A stretch of 64,000 bases of DNA. It comes from Candidatus Binatia bacterium. GTDB lineage: Bacteria; Desulfobacterota; Binatia; HRBIN30. The notes below the pieces were generated by a model. That model made no database searches. It was not told where the DNA came from and worked only from the letters and a program-made list of their open reading frames with translations. Every line of letters begins with the position of its first letter. Positions within the stretch are counted from its first letter, which is position 1. This document shows, in pieces, positions 57,152-64,000 of this stretch. The stretch is from assembly GCA_038245295.1 (NCBI GenBank), contig JBBRSP010000017.1, forward strand, positions 32,001 through 96,000, read 5' to 3'. A program made the position numbers and the translations under genes.

Positions 57152-59167
57152 TTACGGCGTGCGGTCGCGAAACCGTTGATCGGTGGAGTTTACCGCCGGA
57201 CTGGGAAACACGGACTCCCAGCATTCGGCGCTGGCGCTGCGCCGCAATTGGGCGCGCACTTCCGTGGTGGCCGTCAGCGGCAACGGGAGTTGCAGGTAGG
57301 CGCCGCCGCCACTTACCTGGATGAACGCCATTTCGCTTCCGGAGCGCAGGCGCACGCGTGACACGCCGATGCCGTTACCGCCGCGTTGGCGGTAGTCGTA
57401 GCCAACGATGCCGAGCTTCTTCCAACAGGTGCCTCCATCGCATAGGCCACCGGCGAGGACCGGGTAGGAGCTAACCAGCGCGTCGTCACGATAGAGGCAC
57501 ATGGAGTAGCTCGTATCGACCATGGGATTGCCAAAGTCACCCAGCGTCGCGAGGCCACGGCTCCATGTCCACTCCAGCCGCCGCCGTCCAACCACCGGTG
57601 AAGATCGCAGGAACAGTGTTGATTGAGCCGCACCGTGACAGTCCGGACTGGGTGTCGGCGGACAGGGCGGTGCGGCAGCCAGCGGGCACAGGCGAAGACC
57701 CCAGGCATCGAGAACACCGGTGTCTTGGGGCGCCCGGTCGAAGACCGTCAATCGCCACGGCCCGTCGGCGGATTCGCCGATGAACGCCGTCAGCCCGCTG
57801 CTCGGCAGATGCGGGAAACCATCGGTGGGCGGGCACGGGAGTTGTGTCGAGCCGAAGTCGGAGAGGGAGAAGTCGAACGCGTCCTCGGCGCCGCACGATT
57901 GTCCGAGCACCTTGACCTCGTGTCCGGACGGCGAAGTCAGATGAAACTCCAGATCGTGCACGTAGGTGTGATGCCCTTGCACCCCAATCAGTTCGACCCG
58001 TCCCACGGCACCCGTCCCGACGGGGACGCGGAGAAACGACGTCGTACTGCTGCCGTCCGGGATGCTCTTGGGCAAATCAGTGGAGGCCAACGAGGCGGCG
58101 ACAACACACGCGGGCTTGGTGCAAATATCGAGTTGCCAACTCTGCAAGGTACCACTGTTGCCGCTGGCGCGGTCGACGATCTGCAACGTCCACAATCCAG
58201 CCGCCGGCTGCCCGGCGAGCGGCGCCAGGCTGCCGCTCGGATGAACCACCGTTGCTCCGGTGGTCGGGCAGGGCAGCGGCACCTTGCTAGCGTTGTCAAA
58301 GCTGAGATCGATGTCGGCGCTCCTGCAGCCGGCGCCGTCAAAGATCAGTAAATCGATGCCAGCCGGGCTGAAGAGGTGGATGGTGAGTTCGCTCACGTCG
58401 GCATGTTGGAGGCGCAGGTTGCTGAGGCTGATGCGGGTGATGTCGCCCGGATCACTTACGAGCAGGCTCGAGTACGTCGCGCCGTTATCGCCGACGGCAA
58501 CCGGGACGCTGGCCGAAATCGTCGGCGGGCAGTTGCTGGTCGCCGCGGTAATGATCACCGGGGCGGTTGCGACGTTGTTACTCTCGTTCGCTTCGGGAAG
58601 TACATTTTGTGGGTCGAGCGTGACGCGCAGCGTGTACGTGTCGGGAGCGAGATCGAGGCCCGTCAGGTCGATGTATTGGCACGGTAGGCCGGTGTCGTAG
58701 ATATCGGCGCAGCCGGCGCTGATGCCCTGATTGTTGCAGTCGAACTTGGTCTGGCCGCACTCGTAGTCGAGCAAACAAAATCCATACTTGCGGCTCTGCG
58801 CCACGACGGTGCCGTGGCCATCGACCAACTCACCGACGGCGAAGCCTTCGAAATGCGCGTGCCCGTGGGCCGGGCTGCAAACGTAGAGCGGGTTCGTACA
58901 CGCGGCGCCCGGGTTGCCTTGGCAGTCGGGGCAACCGGGGTCGCCCAATACCAGGTCGTCCGGCCCCAGGTTACGCGCCCGCAGAGAATAACGCAGCAGC
59001 CGTTGGCCGGTGAGTCCCGCGGCGCAACCCTCGGCTACATCGCCCGCGTCGACGTCACCGGTCGATACCGAGACGTCGGTGATCTCCGGGACCAGGTCCG
59101 GCAACGCTGCCGCGCCACGGGCGATCAGCAGGGCCGCCACCGCGGCGGCGAGAATCAATCGGCGCAT
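57152..59167 (-). CDS. Secreted lysyl-oxidase-like protein with two proprotein-convertase P-like domains
   Basis: Signal peptide; RLLRYS, HGHAH, KYGFCLLD, GISAGCADIY, CQYIDLT, EANESNN; two H....L...L.SP.G...G.W.L...D....G.L..W.L modules. Confidence 0.78.
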   Translation of the reverse strand: MRRLILAAAVAALLIARGAAALPDLVPEITDVSVSTGDVDAGDVAEGCAAGLTGQRLLRYSLRARNLGPDDLVLGDPGCPDCQGNPGAACTNPLYVCSPAHGHAHFEGFAVGELVDGHGTVVAQSRKYGFCLLDYECGQTKFDCNNQGISAGCADIYDTGLPCQYIDLTGLDLAPDTYTLRVTLDPQNVLPEANESNNVATAPVIITAATSNCPPTISASVPVAVGDNGATYSSLLVSDPGDITRISLSNLRLQHADVSELTIHLFSPAGIDLLIFDGAGCRSADIDLSFDNASKVPLPCPTTGATVVHPSGSLAPLAGQPAAGLWTLQIVDRASGNSGTLQSWQLDICTKPACVVAASLASTDLPKSIPDGSSTTSFLRVPVGTGAVGRVELIGVQGHHTYVHDLEFHLTSPSGHEVKVLGQSCGAEDAFDFSLSDFGSTQLPCPPTDGFPHLPSSGLTAFIGESADGPWRLTVFDRAPQDTGVLDAWGLRLCPLAAAPPCPPTPSPDCHGAAQSTLFLRSSPVVGRRRLEWTWSRGLATLGDFGNPMVDTSYSMCLYRDDALVSSYPVLAGGLCDGGTCWKKLGIVGYDYRQRGGNGIGVSRVRLRSGSEMAFIQVSGGGAYLQLPLPLTATTEVRAQLRRSASAECWESVFPSPAVNSTDQRFRDRTP

Positions 59168-59292
59168 CACGTGCCGCAAGTTATCCAAGCGTGTGGGGGG
59201 TACCAAGGGGAAAAGTTGCTCTCGTCGTCGCGACGAAAGTCGGGACCGCGAGAGCTTCCCGTGCCACGCCGGCTGTGTCAGAAACCAGGGCG

Positions 59293-59850
59293 ATGAACGG
59301 CCACGGTATCGACACCACACGCCTGTGCCTCGATCCGCTCGAGGCGGCGGATGCCGAGGCGTTGCATGAGTTGTTCACCGCGCCAGGCGTGCGTCGCTTT
59401 CTGTGGGGCGATCAGACCATTCCCTTCGAGCAGGCGATCGAAGTGATCGAGATCAGCCGCGGCCTGCTTGGCAAGGAAGGTAGCGGGTTGTGGGGTGTGC
59501 GGCTCAAGCGCAGTACCAATCTCGTCGGGGCATGTGGCTATTGGTACTTTCGCAACCCGCCGGAACGCGAAATCCTCTATGCCATGGCGCCGCAGTATTG
59601 GGGCCGCGGGTATGCCTCGGAGGCTGCGGCGGCCGCGCTGCGTTATGGGTTCGAAGAGTTACGCTTTACGGAAGTGCGCGGCAGCACCGATGCTCCCAAT
59701 GTGGCGTCGGTGCGCGTGATGGAGAAGATCGGCATGCGCTGCGAGCGCCGGCAGACGGCCGCCGGGCTAGATACGCTCTTCTTCAGCATCAGTCGCGGCG
59801 TCTTCGAGGCACGCGCCGCTAACTATACCCTGCGTCCGCCGCTCTCCTAG
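59293..59850 (+). CDS. GNAT (RimJ/RimL-like) N-acetyltransferase
   Basis: TTRLCL, YWGRGYASEA, NVASVRVMEKIGM. Confidence 0.9.
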   Translation: MNGHGIDTTRLCLDPLEAADAEALHELFTAPGVRRFLWGDQTIPFEQAIEVIEISRGLLGKEGSGLWGVRLKRSTNLVGACGYWYFRNPPEREILYAMAPQYWGRGYASEAAAAALRYGFEELRFTEVRGSTDAPNVASVRVMEKIGMRCERRQTAAGLDTLFFSISRGVFEARAANYTLRPPLS

Positions 59851-59919
59851 CCCGCCGCGTTTGTCGGTATAGGGTCCATTTGAAAACCGCGGCGGCGAGG
59901 ATTCGTGATTCCGGCGAAA

Positions 59920-60079
59920 GAGACTGGCGATAAACTAAAAGGAAGCAACGTCATCCCGGCGAAAGCCGGGATCTCCTCGAGTGGAAGGCCAAAAATGCTT
60001 GGGAGATACCGGCTTTCGCCGGTATGACGGAGGTGTTTGCGGAGTTTCAAACGATGACTCAAAGAAAACCGACAGCCTC
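59920..60079 (+). mobile_element. MITE copy flanked by two half-REPs
   Basis: GAGACTGGCGAT...ACCGACAGCCTC between CGTGATTCCGGCGAAA and TTTCGCCGGGATGACG. Confidence 0.8.
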
Positions 60080-60186
60080 TTTCGCCGGGATGACGTTGCC
60101 TACCCCTTGGGAATCAAACGGGCCCACTACCCGTTTGTCAAAGACGCTTGCGACAGAGCGGCGCTCCTAGTAGCCAGTTTAGACGG

Positions 60187-62385
60187 ATGACGACGAGCGC
60201 CGACAGTCAGGATCTGCGGCGTGCTACCGAGCGCGCCCTGATCGCGTCGATCCTGGGGACCGTGGTCATGGCCACCGGCGATCCGATCGTCCGGATCTTC
60301 CTGGACTGGCGCATTCCGCTCATCCGCGGCGTCACGCTGGGGTTGCTGTTCGGACTGCTCTACGTGGTCCGCAAACGCACGCTGCCCGTCAACTACTTGG
60401 TCATCGCGCTCGGCGGCTTGACCGTTCTCGCCGTCGCTGGCGCCTCGATTGTCGCCGTAACGCATAGTACCGCCGTCCTGGCCCTGCTCTATGTCGCCGT
60501 GGCGATGACGGCCGCGGCCTTCATTCCATGGGGCATGGGCGGACAGTTCTACGCCGTTGGCCTGATGCTCGCTCTCTACCTTGGTGCGGCCTATGCCACC
60601 TCCGGCATCGAAACGCGCGAAGTGCTCGGTGTCGTCGTCAGCCTGTGCGCCTCGTTGTTCGTCATGTCGCAGCTCGATCGCGTCCGCGCCGCCAGCGCCA
60701 AAGAGGAGCAGGAACGCCGCCTGCGTGAGGAACAACTGCGCCGCGAACGCTCCTTTTTCAAACAGGTGATCGATACGAATCCGCATCCGGTCTTCGCCAA
60801 GGATAAGGACGGGCGCTTCCGCCTGGTCAACGAAGCCGTCGCCGAGCTCTACGGCACCACGGTCGAAGCCCTGGTCGGGCGCACCGATGAGGATTTCAAT
60901 CCGAAGACCGCCGAGGTCGCGCACTTCCGCCGCGCCGATCTCGACGTCCTCGAGTCGCGGCGCGAGACCATCACCCCGGAAGAGGTCATCACCGATGCTC
61001 GCGGTCGCATGCACTGGTTGCGCACCATCAAGCGGCCCATTGTCGACGTCGATGGCGAAACCACTCTGGTGCTTGGCGTCTCGACCGACATCACCGAACA
61101 GAAGGCGGTGCGCGAGTTCATTCAGGAGGAGGCACGCATCGCCTCGATCCTGGCGCGCGTTGGAGAGCAAATCATCGGTGGTCTCGGGCAAACGAATCTG
61201 CGCCGCCGTCTGTGTGAGGTGACGCGCGAAGCCACCGGCTGCCGCGAATCCGAGATGTGGGCTCTTGATCCGGGCGATCAATGCCTGAAGGCCATCGAGC
61301 ATAGCGGGACTGCCCCGGAAATCTGGGAAGCGATCCGCGTCCTCGCTGTTCCTCTGTCGATGGCCGACGCCGTCAAGACACCGACAGTCTACGACGACGT
61401 GCAACTCGTTCTGCCCGATGAGATTGCCCAGATGGTCCAGGCCGCGCACCTCGGTGCGGCGCCGCCGCTTGGCTGCACTGTGCTGATGTGGTTGCGCCGC
61501 GGCGATCAGATTACCGGCTTGCTGAGCGCCGTGTTCGATGCCGGCGCCGGCGGCTCCGAGGCCTGGCGACTACGCGTCGCCCATGGCTTGGCGCAGCTGG
61601 CGTCCCTGGCAATCGAAAACGCCGTCTTGTTGGACCAACTGGATCGCGCCAATCGTTTGAAGTCGGAGTTCGTCGCCACGATGTCGCACGAGCTGCGCAC
61701 CCCGCTCAATGTGATCCTTGGTTACGGCGAGTTGCTCATGAACGGCGGCATCGGCACGCCGTGCCCCGAGCAGAGCGAGGCATTGGGCCGCATGCGCGAG
61801 AACGCATTGCACCTCCTCGACCTGGTCAATACGACCCTCGATGTGAGCCGGCTCGAAGCCGGACACGTGGCGCTCGACGTCGAGACGGTCACGCCGGCCG
61901 ACCTTTTGGCCACCATCGAGCACGAGACACGCGATCTGCCCCGTGCCCCGGGTGTGTCTGTCGAATGGGAGACGGTCGGCGAGCTGCCGGAGCTGCGCAC
62001 CGACCCGGTCAAGGTCAAGGTTGTGCTCAAGAACCTGGTCGGCAACGCGCTCAAGTTTACCAAGCAGGGCGGTGTCTACGTCCTTGCCGAACCCAGCCAC
62101 GGCGGCGTCGTCGTGAGTGTGCGCGACACCGGCATCGGCATTTCACCAACCCAACAGGAGTCGATCTTCGAGGCCTTTCGCCAGGGTGACGGATCGATTG
62201 CCGTCGAGTACGGCGGTGTTGGGCTCGGGTTGTTCATCGTTCGCCGCCTGGTCGACGCGATCGGCGCCACGATCAGCCTGGAAAGCGCCTTGGGAGCGGG
62301 CTCGACGTTTCGCGTCTGGCTGCCGCCCGAACCGCCGCTCACGACGGCGAGTGCAACAGAGCCACTACCCATGGCGCGTAGATGA
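60187..62385 (+). CDS. Membrane-bound PAS/GAF sensor histidine kinase
   Basis: N-terminal TM helices, PAS (FAKDKDGRF..VN), GAF (AIENA), SHELRTPL, NALKFT, DTGIG, GVGLGL. Confidence 0.92.
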   Translation: MTTSADSQDLRRATERALIASILGTVVMATGDPIVRIFLDWRIPLIRGVTLGLLFGLLYVVRKRTLPVNYLVIALGGLTVLAVAGASIVAVTHSTAVLALLYVAVAMTAAAFIPWGMGGQFYAVGLMLALYLGAAYATSGIETREVLGVVVSLCASLFVMSQLDRVRAASAKEEQERRLREEQLRRERSFFKQVIDTNPHPVFAKDKDGRFRLVNEAVAELYGTTVEALVGRTDEDFNPKTAEVAHFRRADLDVLESRRETITPEEVITDARGRMHWLRTIKRPIVDVDGETTLVLGVSTDITEQKAVREFIQEEARIASILARVGEQIIGGLGQTNLRRRLCEVTREATGCRESEMWALDPGDQCLKAIEHSGTAPEIWEAIRVLAVPLSMADAVKTPTVYDDVQLVLPDEIAQMVQAAHLGAAPPLGCTVLMWLRRGDQITGLLSAVFDAGAGGSEAWRLRVAHGLAQLASLAIENAVLLDQLDRANRLKSEFVATMSHELRTPLNVILGYGELLMNGGIGTPCPEQSEALGRMRENALHLLDLVNTTLDVSRLEAGHVALDVETVTPADLLATIEHETRDLPRAPGVSVEWETVGELPELRTDPVKVKVVLKNLVGNALKFTKQGGVYVLAEPSHGGVVVSVRDTGIGISPTQQESIFEAFRQGDGSIAVEYGGVGLGLFIVRRLVDAIGATISLESALGAGSTFRVWLPPEPPLTTASATEPLPMARR

Positions 62386-63070
62386 TGCCCATCTGTCCGG
62401 CCAGGTAGGTAATCCAGATCGCGTCGCGCGAGCCGCGGATCTCTTCGTGGGCAATTTCAGTCAGCGCGATCAGCCCGTCGGACACCACAAAGAGGATGCT
62501 ACCCGCTGCCGCCAACCACCAGCCGCCGCCGGCGCCAAGCGCCAGTAGGATGGCCGTCGTCGACATCGCGGCGATGAGCGCACCATAAGCAGCCGCTCCA
62601 AGGCGCAGCGCTACTTTCGCGTGTGGGCTGCGCGCCATGCGCCACCAGGCCCAGGCGATTGCTAGGGCGTAGACCGAGGCGATGGCGTACAAGGCCGGCT
62701 GCAGTAAGGCCACGTCGTTGGGGATCGCTGCGGCATGGTACGCTTCGATGTAGAAAACGTGGCCGATACCAAAGGCGATCATCCCGGCGATGAACCGGCT
62801 GGGAACCGGGATGAGGTTGGCCATGAACAGATCGCCGATAAACGAGAATGCCATGCCCCACAGCGCCGTGCGCGCGTAGGCGGCGATCTCGCGCTGTTGC
62901 AGATTCCAGATGAGCCAGGCGGAGAGGATCAGCGAAGCGCTCACGCCGATGCGAATCGGCCACCAGACGCGCCCTGGACCATGCGCATCCGGCGCGTCGC
63001 GCCAGCCAAACACCATGGCGCCGGCAAAGAGGCCAACCTGCATCACCCAAAGAATCCCGATCAACGGCAT
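62339..63070 (-). CDS. YhhN/lysoplasmalogenase-family membrane protein
   Basis: SFIGDLFM, GMIAFGIGHVFY, LFVVSD, IWITYLAGQ. Confidence 0.85.
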   Translation of the reverse strand: MPLIGILWVMQVGLFAGAMVFGWRDAPDAHGPGRVWWPIRIGVSASLILSAWLIWNLQQREIAAYARTALWGMAFSFIGDLFMANLIPVPSRFIAGMIAFGIGHVFYIEAYHAAAIPNDVALLQPALYAIASVYALAIAWAWWRMARSPHAKVALRLGAAAYGALIAAMSTTAILLALGAGGGWWLAAAGSILFVVSDGLIALTEIAHEEIRGSRDAIWITYLAGQMGIIYAPWVVALLHSPS

Positions 63071-63081
63071 ACTGTTCCTTA

Positions 63082-63105
63082 GTAGGGGCGGTTCGAGAAC
63101 CGCCC
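63082..63105. repeat. Second GTAG-type REP family, single copy
   Basis: GTAGGGGCGGTTCGAGAACCGCCC. Confidence 0.65.
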
Positions 63106-63159
63106 AGTTGCTTCGGTACGCCTCCGACGGCTGCATCCACCGCGACGCAGGACGACGCC

Positions 63160-64000
63160 TCAGAGTTTGCGCAGCTCCGGCATCACATCCGACGCAAACA
63201 GCCGCATGCTCGCCTCGGCCTCCGCCGCCGGCATGCCGGCGTAGCTGAAGACGCCGATGAACGTCTCGCTGCCGACACGTGACCGGATATCGACGATCTT
63301 TTCGTAACACTGCTCGGGCGTGCCCCAGACCTGCAGGTCGACGAAGAAGTCGGTGACGCCCTGCGCCCCGTGCTCGTGGACCACCTGTTGCACGCGGCCG
63401 TAGTATTCGTAGCCCGGCATCTGGCTCAGATGATCGGCCGAGAATTCATAATGGTCGATCACACTCTGCCAGTACCCGCCGATGTAACGCCGTGCCATGT
63501 CGCGGGCGCGTTCTGGATCGCGATCGCAGAAGGTCCACCCGGCGGCAATCGGCGCTAGCGGATCCGTGCCGTTGATCTCGCGAAAGATGCTGCGGTACTC
63601 AACCAACTCGGCCGCCACCGTGTCCCACGGCTTCTGCGGGATGATGAGAATTCCGACCCCAAGCTCGGCCATGATGCGGATCGATTCCGGCGATACAGCG
63701 GCGGCGTAGGTGCGACCGCGGAAGGGTTTGAACGGCGCCGGCCGCAGGTCGCGCCGCGGTTGTTGGATGAACTTGCCGTCGTACTCGCAGTAGCCCTGGT
63801 CGAGGCCACGCAGGATCATCTCCGCCGATTCGACAAAGCGGCCGCGCGACTCCGGCATCGGCACGCGGAAGCCGTCGAATTCGACGCGCCCCAGGCCGCG
63901 TCCGATGCCGAAGGTCATGCGGCCGTTCGACATCGCGTCGAGCATCGAAACCTGCTCCGCGACTCGCATCGGGTCGTGCCACGGCAACACCACGACCATC
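63160..64000 (-). CDS. LLM-class flavin-dependent oxidoreductase, N-terminus outside the window
   Basis: VLPWHDPMRVAEQ..LD.MSNGR..FGIGRG, GTPEQ, SMRLFASDVMP. Confidence 0.9.
   Translation of the reverse strand, partial: MVVVLPWHDPMRVAEQVSMLDAMSNGRMTFGIGRGLGRVEFDGFRVPMPESRGRFVESAEMILRGLDQGYCEYDGKFIQQPRRDLRPAPFKPFRGRTYAAAVSPESIRIMAELGVGILIIPQKPWDTVAAELVEYRSIFREINGTDPLAPIAAGWTFCDRDPERARDMARRYIGGYWQSVIDHYEFSADHLSQMPGYEYYGRVQQVVHEHGAQGVTDFFVDLQVWGTPEQCYEKIVDIRSRVGSETFIGVFSYAGMPAAEAEASMRLFASDVMPELRKL

Overview
GC-rich bacterial chromosomal DNA; the gene repertoire and secreted-protein style suggest a Candidatus Binatia/Deltaproteobacteria-like organism (inference, not tested). I found no rRNA, tRNA, CRISPR array, phage genes or transposase. 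About 1-31 kb is a stress-response island: two FixJ-family regulators, three histidine kinases, three CsbD, two DUF3309, DUF1328, BON, YtxH/ElaB-like, VIT1, NRAMP, Fe/Mn SOD, a DUF3494 ice-binding-like protein and OmpA. Nine of its promoters share one composite motif (CGTAGaaCyACGCG-CGTAGtwstCCGAgC-TTAc, with a TAnnnn hexamer 16-17 bp further on), which I read as an undescribed regulon. About 31-64 kb is mostly lipid/acyl-CoA metabolism and envelope genes. Highlights: (1) an operon in which two tiny desulforedoxin-like CxxC-x15-CC proteins, one absent from the ORF track, bracket an atypical acyl-CoA ligase and two complementary crotonases; (2) the nine-site promoter motif; (3) a circularly permuted alpha/beta-hydrolase lipoprotein; (4) a secreted lysyl-oxidase-like protein; (5) a ~160-bp MITE that sits in REP hairpin loops and carries a REP pair itself. 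All product calls come from motif recognition by eye; no database searches were run.
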